This document shows positions 16,912-26,932 of a stretch of DNA of 64,000 bases, piece by piece (positions within the stretch are counted from its first letter, which is position 1; the number at the start of each line of letters is the position of its first letter). The DNA comes from Candidatus Margulisiibacteriota bacterium (GTDB taxonomy: Bacteria; Margulisbacteria; WOR-1; O2-12-FULL-45-9; XYB2-FULL-48-7): NCBI GenBank assembly GCA_041658645.1, contig JBAZZV010000004.1, positions 112,552 to 176,551 of the forward strand. The letters run 5' to 3'. A program made the translations under genes and the position numbers. A model generated the notes under the pieces. It was not told where the DNA came from. It ran no database searches and saw nothing but the letters and a program-made list of their open reading frames with translations.

Positions 16912-17946
16912 ATGCCTGAGCTACGTAAAGATCCGATCTCCGACCGCTGGGTAATCGTTTCGACCGAGCGGGGAAGACGGCCGACCGATTTTGGCGGGAC
17001 TACGGTCGCGGCGGAAGGGGAAGGCAAATTCTGTCCCTTTTGCGGCGGGAACGAAGCCAAGACCCCGCCCGAGATCATCGCCTGGCGCAAAGCGTCGACC
17101 GCCCCTAATACCGCTGGCTGGGATGTCCGAGTTATTCCCAATAAATTTCCCGCGTTGATCATTGAAGGCGACGTCAACCGGACCGGGACCGGCATCTACG
17201 ACATGATGAGCGGGATCGGCGCGCACGAAGTGATCGTCGAAACCCCCCGGCACGACGAGACTATCCCCGACCTGGCTGATGAGCACGTGGAGAAGGTCCT
17301 CTGGGCGTACAAACAACGGATCCTCGATCTGGAGAAAGACAAGCGCTTCCGCTATATCCTGGTCTTCAAGAATTACGGAACAGCGGCCGGCGCCTCGCTC
17401 TCCCATCCGCACTCGCAGTTGATCGCCACGCCGATCACGCCGCGCTACGTCAAGATGGAGCTGGCCAATTGCCGGGCTTATTTCCAGGAGAAGGAGCGGT
17501 GCATTTTCTGCGACATGATCCGCCAGGAACTCGGTTCAGGCGAACGCCTGGTCTACGAGAACGAGTATTTTGTCTGTTTTGCCCCGTTCGCTTCGCGTTT
17601 TCCCTTTGAGATCTGGCTGATGCCCCGCCGCCATGAGGCCGGTTTCCAGATGATGCCCGATGAAGAGCGGTCACAGCTGGCCCGCTGTTTGAAAGACGTC
17701 CTGATGCGGCTCAAGAAGACGCTGAACGACCCGCCGTATAATTATGTCCTCCACACGGCGCCTAATTCCGTGCCGCGTCCGGGTAAACCTGATTACTGGG
17801 GGACGATCCAGTACGATTTCCACTGGCATATCGAGATCATCCCGCGGCTGACCAAGCAGGCCGGCTTTGAGTGGGGTTCCGGGCTCTACATCAACCCGAC
17901 TGCGCCCGAAGAGGCGGCGAAGTATCTGCGAGAAGTAAAGATCTGA
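16912..17946 (+). CDS. GalT-family (HIT-like) hexose-1-phosphate nucleotidyltransferase / possible NDP-glucose phosphorylase
   Basis: 344 aa with the zinc motif CPFCGGNE and the active-site HPHSQL (HxHxQ). Confidence 0.85.
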   Translation: MPELRKDPISDRWVIVSTERGRRPTDFGGTTVAAEGEGKFCPFCGGNEAKTPPEIIAWRKASTAPNTAGWDVRVIPNKFPALIIEGDVNRTGTGIYDMMSGIGAHEVIVETPRHDETIPDLADEHVEKVLWAYKQRILDLEKDKRFRYILVFKNYGTAAGASLSHPHSQLIATPITPRYVKMELANCRAYFQEKERCIFCDMIRQELGSGERLVYENEYFVCFAPFASRFPFEIWLMPRRHEAGFQMMPDEERSQLARCLKDVLMRLKKTLNDPPYNYVLHTAPNSVPRPGKPDYWGTIQYDFHWHIEIIPRLTKQAGFEWGSGLYINPTAPEEAAKYLREVKI

Positions 17947-17964
17947 CATGGTCAGGTAAACTGT

Positions 17965-18948
17965 ATGGCGGAAAAAAAGAAAGCGGTCAAAACCGCTCAA
18001 GTGAAAAAACCACAGAAAAAACCACGGGCCGGGAAAGCCGCTCCGGTCAAGAAAACTCCGGTTAAACGTGCTCCGCGCCGCACCACTGTCAAACCACCAG
18101 TTATCAATCAATTTCCCGAACCCCAGGAACAACAGATCGAAGAGAGCAAGTACTATGCCGGCCCGGTCATCCAGAAATTAGCTGAAGAGCGGCCGGCCGA
18201 ATTGCCTTCGGGTTACGGCGATAACCGGATCGTCCTGATGGTCCGTGACCCCTTCTGGCTCTACGCTTATTGGGAGGTCAACGAGGCGCGCCGCCAGGCG
18301 ATCGCTCGCGAAGTCGGGGCGAGCGCTCTGGCCAATGCCCGCGAATTCCTCCGGGTTTACGATACCGGCGACTGGCGCAGTTTTGACATTGCAGTCCACG
18401 GCGGCGCGCGGACCTGGTATTTCAAGGTCCCGGTGCCGAACCGGAGCTATTGCGTCGACATAGGTTTCCTGCTGGCCGACGGCCGCTTTATCGCCGCCGC
18501 CCGCTCGAACTGGGTGACTACGCCGCTCGACCGGATGTCCGACGTGATCGACGAGCAATGGCTGACGCCTGACTGGGAGCGGCTCTACGCCCTGTCGGGT
18601 GGTTTCGGCATCGGCCGCGGCTCGGAAGAGATCCGCGAAATGATGAGGAAACGGTTCAACGAGGAAGGCTCCTCCGGCTGGGTCTCGTCCTTTAGTTCCC
18701 CGGTCAGGAAAATAGGGGAGCGGCCTTTTTGGCTGGTGGCTAATTGCGAACTGATCGTCTACGGCGCGACCGAGCCGACGGCGACCGTGACCGTGCAGGG
18801 CCATAAAATTGACCTCCGGGCCGATGGAACTTTTAGCCTGCGCTTCACACTGCCGGACGGCCAACAGGTCATCCCGATCGAAGCGATCCGCGATGACGGC
18901 GCCGAACGGCGCAAGATCACCGAGGTCGTGGAAAGAAAAACGGAATAA
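17965..18948 (+). CDS. DUF4912-like protein with Lys/Pro-rich N terminus
   Basis: 327 aa. The block DNRIVLMVRDPFWLYAYWEV is characteristic of DUF4912, which typically neighbours GH57 branching enzymes. Confidence 0.75.
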   Translation: MAEKKKAVKTAQVKKPQKKPRAGKAAPVKKTPVKRAPRRTTVKPPVINQFPEPQEQQIEESKYYAGPVIQKLAEERPAELPSGYGDNRIVLMVRDPFWLYAYWEVNEARRQAIAREVGASALANAREFLRVYDTGDWRSFDIAVHGGARTWYFKVPVPNRSYCVDIGFLLADGRFIAAARSNWVTTPLDRMSDVIDEQWLTPDWERLYALSGGFGIGRGSEEIREMMRKRFNEEGSSGWVSSFSSPVRKIGERPFWLVANCELIVYGATEPTATVTVQGHKIDLRADGTFSLRFTLPDGQQVIPIEAIRDDGAERRKITEVVERKTE

Positions 18949-18954
18949 CCCGGC

Positions 18955-20544
18955 ATGGCAGAGCAGGGTTATCTCGCGCTCGTTCTCCACGCCCATTTGC
19001 CGTACGTCCGCCATCCGGAGTACGAAGATTTCCTGGAAGAAGATTGGTTCTACGAAGCGATCACCGAGACCTACCTGCCGCTCCTCAAAGTCTTTGAAGG
19101 TTTGGTGGATGACGGGGTCGACTTCCGCCTGACCATGTCGATCACCCCGACGCTCGCCTCGATGTTCATCGATCCGCTGCTGCAGGAACGCTACCTTAAT
19201 CACCTCGAACGGCTGATCGAGCTTACGGCTAAGGAGATCGAGCGGACCCGCTGGCAGCCGGAATTTAACGAACTGGCCAGGATGTATAACCGGCAGTTGA
19301 TCGAGGCCCGGGAGCTTTTTGCCGGCAAGTACGGCCGGAATTTAATTGTTGCCTTCAAAAAATTCCAGGACCTGGGGAAGCTCGAGATCATCACTTGCGG
19401 CGCGACCCACGGTTTTCTCCCCTTAATGGATATCAATCCGAAGGCGGTCCGGGCGCAGGTCAGGATCGCCGCCGCCCAGTACGAAAAACTGTTCGGACGG
19501 AGGGCGCGGGGGATCTGGCTGCCGGAATGCGGCTTCCAGCCGGGGCACGACGAGATACTGAAGGAGGCCGGCCTCCGTTATTTCCTGGTCGATACCCACG
19601 GCATCCTGCATGGCACCCCGCGGCCGAAATACGGCGTTTTCGCCCCGATCTACTGCCAGTCGGGAGTGGCGGCCTTTGGCCGGGACATGGAATCATCCAA
19701 ACAGGTCTGGAGCGCCGTCGATGGTTACCCGGGCGATTACAATTACCGCGAGTTCTACCGCGATATCGGCTTTGACCTTGATTATGATTACATCCGGCCC
19801 TACATCCACGTCGACGGGACGAGGATCAACACCGGGATCAAATATTTCCGCATCACCGGCCAGGTCGATTTGGCTTTCAAACAACCGTATAACCGCCAGT
19901 GGGCGCTTGACCAGGCCGCCGCCCACGCCGGCAATTTTCTCTTCAACCGGGAGAAGCAGGTCGAGCACCTCAACGGTTACCTTGGGAAGAAGCCGTTGAT
20001 CGTCTCGCCGTATGACGCCGAGCTTTTCGGCCACTGGTGGTATGAGGGCCCGGATTGGCTGAACTTTCTCTTCCGCAAGGCCTATCACGACCAGCAGACC
20101 GTCAAGCTGACGACCCCCACGGAGTATCTTGATTGGTACCCCAGGAACCAGATCGTTACCCCGTCGATGTCTTCCTGGGGTTACAAAGGTTACGCCGAGG
20201 TTTGGCTGGAAGGGTCAAACGATTGGATCTACCGCCATCTCCATAAAGCGGCCGACCGGATGGTCGAGCTGGCGAGTGCCTATCCTCGAGCTGAAGGCCT
20301 GCAGTCGCGAGCCCTCAACCAGGCGGCGCGCGAGCTCTTGCTCGCCCAATCGTCTGACTGGGCCTTTATCATGAAGACGGCGACCTGCGTCCCTTACGCC
20401 GTCAAGCGGACGAAAGACCATGTCGAGCGCTTTACCCGGTTATATGAGATGATCAAGTCCAACGCGATCAGCGAATCATACCTGGCGCAACAAGAGTGGA
20501 AAGATAATCTCTTCCCCGACCTTGATTATAAGGTGTACTCATGA
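18955..20544 (+). CDS. GH57-type 1,4-alpha-glucan branching enzyme
   Basis: 529 aa with YLALVLHAHLPYVRHPE, GIWLPECGF, DAELFGHWWYEG and a C-terminal helical domain (SDWAF). Confidence 0.88.
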   Translation: MAEQGYLALVLHAHLPYVRHPEYEDFLEEDWFYEAITETYLPLLKVFEGLVDDGVDFRLTMSITPTLASMFIDPLLQERYLNHLERLIELTAKEIERTRWQPEFNELARMYNRQLIEARELFAGKYGRNLIVAFKKFQDLGKLEIITCGATHGFLPLMDINPKAVRAQVRIAAAQYEKLFGRRARGIWLPECGFQPGHDEILKEAGLRYFLVDTHGILHGTPRPKYGVFAPIYCQSGVAAFGRDMESSKQVWSAVDGYPGDYNYREFYRDIGFDLDYDYIRPYIHVDGTRINTGIKYFRITGQVDLAFKQPYNRQWALDQAAAHAGNFLFNREKQVEHLNGYLGKKPLIVSPYDAELFGHWWYEGPDWLNFLFRKAYHDQQTVKLTTPTEYLDWYPRNQIVTPSMSSWGYKGYAEVWLEGSNDWIYRHLHKAADRMVELASAYPRAEGLQSRALNQAARELLLAQSSDWAFIMKTATCVPYAVKRTKDHVERFTRLYEMIKSNAISESYLAQQEWKDNLFPDLDYKVYS

Positions 20545-23003
20545 AGGCGATCGTCCTAGCTGGTGGGCTAGGGACTAGGTTGCATCCCCTGACCGTTAAC
20601 TTGCCCAAGCCGATGGTCCCGGTCGCCAACCGGCCGATGATGGAATATGCCATCTACCTTTTGCGCAAACACGGCTTCAAAGAGATCACCGCGCTCCTTT
20701 ATCACCAGCCCGAGATCATCAAGAACTATTTTAACAACGGCGAGAAATTTGGCGTCAAGCTGAACTATGTTGAGGCTAAGGAGGATTACGGGACGGCCGG
20801 CGCCGTCCGTTTTGCCGCCCAGAGTTTCCGGGGGTTGCAAGCGCCTGTCCTCGTCATCAGCGCCGACGTTATCACCGATTTTGACCTGGAGGCGGCGGTT
20901 AAGTTCCATAAGGAAAAGTCCGCCCTGGCGACCTTGCTCCTGACCCGCGTCCCCAATCCCCTCCCTTACGGCATTGTGATCACCGACAAAGGGGGGAAGA
21001 TCACGCGTTTCCTGGAAAAGCCGTCCCCAAGCGAGGTCTTTTCCGACACCGTCAATTGCGGCATTTATATCCTGGAGCCGGCAGCGATCGACTTTATCCC
21101 GCCAGGGAAGGGGAGCGACTTCAGCCAAGACCTTTTCCCTAAGCTGCTAGCGGCCGGCAAACCACTCTATGGTTATATCGCAACCGGCCTCTGGAAAGAT
21201 ATTGGCAGCTTAAAGGAATACTCCACGATCCACGACGATCTCTCGGGGGGGAAGCCTTACCAGATCGCCAAGGGGGCGAAAGTCTCTCCTTCGGCCAAAC
21301 TCAAAGGGGTGGTGGTGATCGGCGAGAATAGCGTGATCGGTGATGAGGCCGTGCTGGAAGATGTTTCGATCGGCAGTCACTGCCGGGTGGAGCGGGGTGC
21401 GCTGCTCTTTAAGTCGATCCTCTGGGAGCGGGTCCAGGTCGGGGCCGAAGCGCAATTGTTCAAGGCGGTCGTCGCCAGCGGCACGGTCATCGGTGAGCGG
21501 ACCATCCTGGAAGAGGGGTCGGTGATCGGTGCGGAGTGCAATATCGGCCGCGACGCCGTGATCAAGCCGTACGTCAAGATCTGGCCGAACAAGGTGATCG
21601 AAGAAGGGGCGGTCGTGACCAGCTCGATGCTCTGGAAAGAGCGCTGGACCAAGAGTATTTTTGGCCCGTTCGGGGTGACCGGTCTCTGCAACATTGAGAT
21701 CACGCCGGAATTCGCCGCCTCGCTGGGCGCGGCCTATGGTTCCGTCCTGGGGAAAGGGGTATATATTTCCACCTCACGCGATTCTCACAAGGCGTCACGG
21801 ATGATCTACCGGGCGCTCGTTTCCGGCGTCTTGTCAGCCGGGGTCAATATCTCCAACCTGGAAGAGGTGCCGATCCCCGTTAACCGTTACGAGCTCAAGG
21901 CGCTCAAGAGCCGCGGCGGGTTTCACGTCAGGAAATCGCCGTACGACCCGTCGGTCGTCGACATCAAGTTCTTCGACCAGGACGGGATGGACCTCCCGTC
22001 GTCGCGCGAAAAGAAGATCGAACGCCTTTTCTACGGCGAAGACTTCCAGCGGGCCGGGATCGAAGAGACCGGGGAATTGACCTTCCCGTTCCACCGGGTG
22101 GCCGAGTCCTACAAGGAAGGGATACTCAATTGCCTGGACCGCGAGGTCATCCGCGCGGCCAATTTTAAGGTCGTGGTCGATTACGCCTGCAGTTCCGCGG
22201 CCAATATCTTCCCGGCGATACTAGGGGAGCTGGGGATCGAGGTCATCTCGCTCAACGCGCATATCGACGAGACCAAGATCACCAAGAACCGGGTGATGTT
22301 CGAGAAAGGGTTAAAGCAGTTGTCGCAGATCGTCAAATCGCTTAACGCCGACCTCGGGGTGATGCTCGATACCGGAGCGGAAAAGATCTTTCTTTGTGAC
22401 GAGCGGGGGAATATATTACAAGAAAATCTGGAACTGGCCGTCATGACGGTCCTGATCGCTAAAGCCAAGAAAAACGCCCAGATCGCCGTGCCGGTCAAGG
22501 CGAGCCGGATCGTCGACGCGCTTGCCCTTAAATACGGAGCGAAGATCATCCGGACCAAGACGAGCACCCGCGACATGATGGAGGTTTCGACCCGGCCGGA
22601 TATCGACCTGATGGGGGAGACCCAGGGCGGCTTTATTTTTCCCGAGTTCCAGCCGGCCTTTGACGCGATGTTTGCCACCGCCAAACTTTTAGAGGTCATC
22701 TCGCGTGCCCAGGTCAAGCTCTCCGCGGTGGCCGCCGAAGTGCCGAGGGTCAACATGGTTTGCAAGGAGATCTCCTGTTCGCCGGAAATGAAGGGAACTG
22801 TCCTGCGCAGTATTATCGACGGTTGCGGCGAGCATGAGGCCGACCTGACCGACGGGGTCAAACTTTTCCACGGCGAGGATTGGGTGCTGGTCCTGCCGGA
22901 CCCGGTCCGCTCGACCGTCCATGTCTGCGCCGAAGCGGGGAGCGATCGTGACGCCCAGAAGCTGGCCAACGAGTATGTCGAGAAGATCGATTCGATCTTA
23001 TGA
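20541..23003 (+). CDS. Sugar-1-phosphate nucleotidyltransferase fused to a left-handed beta-helix and a PGM/PMM-like domain
   Basis: 820 aa. The N terminus is MKAIVLAGGLGTRLHPLT, followed by hexapeptide repeats. The C-terminal four-domain PMM-like region has altered catalytic loops (VRKSPYDP and DTGAEK). Confidence 0.85.
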   Translation: MKAIVLAGGLGTRLHPLTVNLPKPMVPVANRPMMEYAIYLLRKHGFKEITALLYHQPEIIKNYFNNGEKFGVKLNYVEAKEDYGTAGAVRFAAQSFRGLQAPVLVISADVITDFDLEAAVKFHKEKSALATLLLTRVPNPLPYGIVITDKGGKITRFLEKPSPSEVFSDTVNCGIYILEPAAIDFIPPGKGSDFSQDLFPKLLAAGKPLYGYIATGLWKDIGSLKEYSTIHDDLSGGKPYQIAKGAKVSPSAKLKGVVVIGENSVIGDEAVLEDVSIGSHCRVERGALLFKSILWERVQVGAEAQLFKAVVASGTVIGERTILEEGSVIGAECNIGRDAVIKPYVKIWPNKVIEEGAVVTSSMLWKERWTKSIFGPFGVTGLCNIEITPEFAASLGAAYGSVLGKGVYISTSRDSHKASRMIYRALVSGVLSAGVNISNLEEVPIPVNRYELKALKSRGGFHVRKSPYDPSVVDIKFFDQDGMDLPSSREKKIERLFYGEDFQRAGIEETGELTFPFHRVAESYKEGILNCLDREVIRAANFKVVVDYACSSAANIFPAILGELGIEVISLNAHIDETKITKNRVMFEKGLKQLSQIVKSLNADLGVMLDTGAEKIFLCDERGNILQENLELAVMTVLIAKAKKNAQIAVPVKASRIVDALALKYGAKIIRTKTSTRDMMEVSTRPDIDLMGETQGGFIFPEFQPAFDAMFATAKLLEVISRAQVKLSAVAAEVPRVNMVCKEISCSPEMKGTVLRSIIDGCGEHEADLTDGVKLFHGEDWVLVLPDPVRSTVHVCAEAGSDRDAQKLANEYVEKIDSIL

Positions 23004-24397
23004 AAATATTATATCTTGCCTCTGAAGTCGTGCCGTTCGCTAAGACCGGCGGCCTGGCGGATGTGGCCGGCGCGCTCCCCAAGGCGCTAGCCGAGATCGG
23101 CCACGATATCCGCATTTTCATGCCGAGATACAAGAAAGTTGACCGGTCGGCCAAAACTTTGCCTGGGACCAAGGTGCCGGTCTATTTTTACGAGAACGAA
23201 AAGTATTTTGGCAGCCGGGAAGAGCTCTACCAGGTCAAGGGGGTCGATTATCCCGATAATCTGGAAAGGTTCTCGGCCTTCTGCCGGGCGCTGCTCCCTT
23301 TCCTGAAAGAGATCAACTGGAAGCCGGACATTATCCACTGCAACGACTGGCAGTCGGCGCTCGTTATAGCTTATCTAAAAGTTCTTTATAAAGACGATCC
23401 ATTTTTTGCGCGTACGGCCGCCGTTTACTCCATCCATAATATGGGTTATCTGGGGATGTTCCCCAAGGAGAAACTGCCCCTGACCGGCCTGGGGCCGGAG
23501 CAATTTGTCCCCGAGAAGCTGGAGTTTTGGGGCGATCTCGCTTTGACCAAGGCGGGCTTTGTTTACGCCGATGTGATCAATACGGTCTCCGAGACCTACG
23601 CGAAAGAGATCCAGACCAAAGAGTTCGGCCAGGGGCTGGACGGCCTGCTCCGTTTTAGGTCGGGCGACGTTTACGGCATCGTCAACGGCATCGATTACGA
23701 CATCTGGAATCCCGCCACGGACAAAAATATCCCGAAGCGCTACAGCCCGGCGACCTTGTCCTTGAAAGTCGAAAATAAGATCGAACTGCAGAAGCAAAAT
23801 AATCTGCCGCAGAAAAAAGAGACGCCGGTCATCGGCCTGATCACCCGGCTGGCCGACCAGAAGGGTTTTGATATTCTGGCCGGGGCGCTGGAGGGGATCA
23901 TAGAAGAGCACTGCCAGATCGTTATCCTCGGCGTCGGCGACCGGAAATACCACGAACTGTTATTGAAAGCCAGACAAAAATATCCCGATTACGTCGGGGT
24001 CAATCTCAAATTCGACGCCCTCCTGGCCGAGCTGATCTATTCCGGCTGCGATATGTTCATGATGCCCAGCCGTTACGAACCGTGCGGCCTGGGCCAGTTG
24101 ATCGGTTTTAAGTACGGGACGATCCCGATCGTTCGGAAAACCGGCGGCCTGGCCGACACTGTCCATGATTTTGATCCCAAAACGGGAGCCGGGGAGGGTT
24201 TTGTCTTTGAGGAATATAGCTCAAAAGCCCTGTTAAATTGTGTTAAAAGGGCGATCGAAACGTTCCATAAGAAGACCAGTTGGAAAGCCTTGCAGGGAAA
24301 AGTGATGCAGCTCGATTACTCCTGGGACGCTTCGGCCAAGAAGTATGTTTCTCTTTATATGAAAGCGCTGGCCAAGATCGGGATCGCGGCGCTCTAA
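23000..24397 (+). CDS. glgA: Glycogen synthase (GT5)
   Basis: 465 aa with MKILYLASEVVPFAKTGGLADV, NDWQSAL and SRYEPCGL. Confidence 0.95.
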   Translation: MKILYLASEVVPFAKTGGLADVAGALPKALAEIGHDIRIFMPRYKKVDRSAKTLPGTKVPVYFYENEKYFGSREELYQVKGVDYPDNLERFSAFCRALLPFLKEINWKPDIIHCNDWQSALVIAYLKVLYKDDPFFARTAAVYSIHNMGYLGMFPKEKLPLTGLGPEQFVPEKLEFWGDLALTKAGFVYADVINTVSETYAKEIQTKEFGQGLDGLLRFRSGDVYGIVNGIDYDIWNPATDKNIPKRYSPATLSLKVENKIELQKQNNLPQKKETPVIGLITRLADQKGFDILAGALEGIIEEHCQIVILGVGDRKYHELLLKARQKYPDYVGVNLKFDALLAELIYSGCDMFMMPSRYEPCGLGQLIGFKYGTIPIVRKTGGLADTVHDFDPKTGAGEGFVFEEYSSKALLNCVKRAIETFHKKTSWKALQGKVMQLDYSWDASAKKYVSLYMKALAKIGIAAL

Positions 24398-25140
24398 AGA
24401 TCTATCGTAAGATCGCCTAAGTAAGAGATCATCAATGCCATATATTTATCTCCCATCATATCCGAATCACCGGTTTTATCAATGAATGAATTGCGGTCGA
24501 GAAGGTAGCTGGCAAATGCATAAGCGAAATCTTCTTTTTTAGTTTTTTTAGCGCTGGGGAATTTGATCGTTGGGAACGGGCTGTATTCCGTGATAAAATC
24601 CCGGTCGTCGGAGCTTAGAGGTTTGCCGTTTTCATCAAAGGCAATCGTGTCGAACCCGCCGTGATCGCAGGTATTTATAAAAACATTGTGGCCGACCTCG
24701 TGCATCAAAGTGTATTTCCAGAGCCGCTGGCCGTTAAAGATCAGAGGTTCCTTGTCATCGCCATGCCAGTTGAGGTTGATAACAATGCGGCAGTCGGCTG
24801 ACGATGTTCCGTCGGATGATTCGCGGGTCTCGCAAACATAATCGCCGGCCGCATCGTTGATCGCTTTGTCGCCCAAAATTATGGTGCTTATGCCTTCAGT
24901 CGCGCAGGCAGGCAAGGCCTTGATCAGCAGCTGGGTGCGGGCGATGAGATCATTCTCATCTTGTTTATAGGTTTGGCTTTGGACGATCACTTGAACATCG
25001 TGCGGCTGGCAGACTCTTTCTTTGAACTTCAGGCACTGTTCCGGCTGGATCACTTGGCCGGTACAGGCGGCGCCCTGGAGGGCCAGGGGAATGGCCGCCA
25101 ATTTTAGAGCTCTACAGGCGATGGCTCGAATGTTGATCAT
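24394..25140 (-). CDS. Secreted Cys-rich putative zinc metallopeptidase (HExxH)
   Basis: I trimmed ORF 24394..25296 to the ATG at 25140, which starts a signal peptide (MINIRAIACRALKLAAIPLALQGAAC). It has the motif LMHEVGHNV and is visibly more AT-rich than its neighbours. Confidence 0.6.
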   Translation of the reverse strand: MINIRAIACRALKLAAIPLALQGAACTGQVIQPEQCLKFKERVCQPHDVQVIVQSQTYKQDENDLIARTQLLIKALPACATEGISTIILGDKAINDAAGDYVCETRESSDGTSSADCRIVINLNWHGDDKEPLIFNGQRLWKYTLMHEVGHNVFINTCDHGGFDTIAFDENGKPLSSDDRDFITEYSPFPTIKFPSAKKTKKEDFAYAFASYLLDRNSFIDKTGDSDMMGDKYMALMISYLGDLTIDL

Positions 25141-25193
25141 ATCCGATATATTATCGCTATAATCCGCGCAGAATTTCATAGCTAAGATCGGTC

Positions 25194-25222
25194 TTGCCCC
25201 CCTCTGAAAATTATCGTATAAT
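25194..25222 (+). promoter_or_regulatory. Putative promoter TTGCCC-17-TATAAT, 8 nt upstream of the ATG (possible leaderless mRNA)
   Basis: TTGCCC at 25194..25199 and TATAAT at 25217..25222. There is no Shine-Dalgarno before the ATG at 25231. Confidence 0.4.
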
Positions 25223-25230
25223 TGAACATT

Positions 25231-26187
25231 ATGTACCGTCCACAGATCAAAGTCCTTGACTGCACTATCCGCGATGGCGGGCTGATCAACGAACATCTGT
25301 TCGAAGATAAGTTCGTCCGGGCGGTCTATCAGGCCGTGGCCGCCTCCGGGGCCGACTACGTTGAACTAGGCTATCGCGCCTCGACCAAGTTCTTTTCCCC
25401 CGACAAGTACGGCAAAGCGAAGTTTTGCACCGAGGATTTCGTCCGCAAAATGATCGAAGGGGTCGAGACCAAGGCCAAGATCTCGACCATGGTCGATATC
25501 GGCCGGGTCTTGCCGGAAGATATCCCCTTAAAAAAAGACAGTGTGGTCGACATGATGCGGGTCGCCTGTTACGTCAAAGATATCGATAAGGCGATCGAGC
25601 TCCTCAAGCATTGCGCCGATAAGGGTTATGAAACGACCGTAAATATCATGGCTATTTCCACCGCCCTGGCCCCGGACCTGGAAGAAGCGCTGGCCCAGTT
25701 GGCGAACACGCCGGTCAAGGCGGTCTATATTGTGGACAGCTACGGGGCCTTGTTCTCCGAACAGATCCATTTCCTGGTGGCGCAATACGCCAAGCACCTG
25801 GCTCCGAAAGGGATCGAGGTCGGCATCCATTGCCATAATAACCAGCAGCTCGGTTTTGCCAACACGATCGAGGCGATCCGCAAGGGGGCGAACTTCCTTG
25901 ACGCGACCATTTTCGGCATCGGCCGGGCGGCCGGGAACTGCCCGCTGGAGCTTTTACTGGCTTTCCTGAAGAACCCCAAGTACCGCCTCGATCCGATCCT
26001 TGACGTTATCGAACAGGAATTTATCCCCCTCCGCCAGAAAATAGAGTGGGGGTACTTGATCCCCGATATGATCACCGGCATCCTTAACCAGCACCCGCGC
26101 GCGGCGATCGACCTCCGTTCCGGCAAGGAAAAGAAAAGTTTTTCCGAATTCTACCGCAGTCTGCTCAACGACGCGGAGTCGATTTAA
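25231..26187 (+). CDS. DRE-TIM metallolyase (HMGL-like/pyruvate carboxyltransferase domain) aldolase-like protein
   Basis: Motifs are [16 protein letters not shown] and [12 protein letters not shown]. The track start TTG 25222 is the alternative to ATG 25231. Confidence 0.8.
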   Translation: MYRPQIKVLDCTIRDGGLINEHLFEDKFVRAVYQAVAASGADYVELGYRASTKFFSPDKYGKAKFCTEDFVRKMIEGVETKAKISTMVDIGRVLPEDIPLKKDSVVDMMRVACYVKDIDKAIELLKHCADKGYETTVNIMAISTALAPDLEEALAQLANTPVKAVYIVDSYGALFSEQIHFLVAQYAKHLAPKGIEVGIHCHNNQQLGFANTIEAIRKGANFLDATIFGIGRAAGNCPLELLLAFLKNPKYRLDPILDVIEQEFIPLRQKIEWGYLIPDMITGILNQHPRAAIDLRSGKEKKSFSEFYRSLLNDAESI

Positions 26188-26188
26188 C

Positions 26189-26932
26189 ATGTCAGGACAC
26201 TCCAAGTGGGCGACGATCAAGCATGCTAAGGCGAAAACCGACGCCCAGCGCGGCAAGGTTTTTACTAAGATCATCAAGGAAATATCGACCGCGGCCAAGA
26301 TCGGCGGCGGCGACCCCAACGGGAACCCTCGTCTCCGCCTTGGTATCGATAAAGCCAAAGCGGCCAATATGCCCAACGATAACATCAAGCGGGCGATCGA
26401 GAAGGGGATCGGCGGCGGCGAGGCGGTCATGGAAGAACTCAATTATGAAGGCTACGGCCCGGGTGGGGTCGCCCTGATGGTCGAAGTGATGACCGATAAC
26501 CGGAATAGGGCGGCGAGCGAGATCCGGAGCATCCTGGAAAAGCACGGCGGTAACCTGGGCGCCAGCGGCAGTGTCTCCTACCTCTTTAAGCGGAAAGGGA
26601 GTCTCGTCCTGGATAAGGCCGGGGTGGACGAAGAAAAGCTGATGGAGGCGGCGCTCGAAGCCGGGGCGGAAGATGTCCTTTCCGAAGAGAGCGAGATCGA
26701 AGTGGTGACTACTCCGGAAAATTTCTTGAAGGTTCGCGACGACTTAAAAGCGAAGAATTTTGAGCTGACCAGCGCGGAAGTGACGATGATCCCCGAGACG
26801 ACCGTTAAATTGACCGGCGAGGCCGCCCAGAAAATGCTGAATCTGATGAACAAACTGGAAGACCAGGACGACGTCCAGGCGGTCCACGCTAACTTTGACA
26901 TCTCCGACGAAGAAATAGCCAAGTCCTCATGA
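26189..26932 (+). CDS. YebC/PmpR-family DNA-binding regulator
   Basis: 247 aa starting [27 protein letters not shown]. Confidence 0.93.
   Translation: MSGHSKWATIKHAKAKTDAQRGKVFTKIIKEISTAAKIGGGDPNGNPRLRLGIDKAKAANMPNDNIKRAIEKGIGGGEAVMEELNYEGYGPGGVALMVEVMTDNRNRAASEIRSILEKHGGNLGASGSVSYLFKRKGSLVLDKAGVDEEKLMEAALEAGAEDVLSEESEIEVVTTPENFLKVRDDLKAKNFELTSAEVTMIPETTVKLTGEAAQKMLNLMNKLEDQDDVQAVHANFDISDEEIAKSS

Noticed and set aside
18178-19203. 341-aa minus-strand ORF.
   Set aside because: It is antisense to the DUF4912 and GH57 branching-enzyme genes, with Arg/Asp/Gly-rich shadow-ORF composition.
25141-25296. N-terminal extension of ORF 24394..25296.
   Set aside because: It would overlap the divergent gene and promoter region. 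The ATG at 25140 begins a signal peptide.
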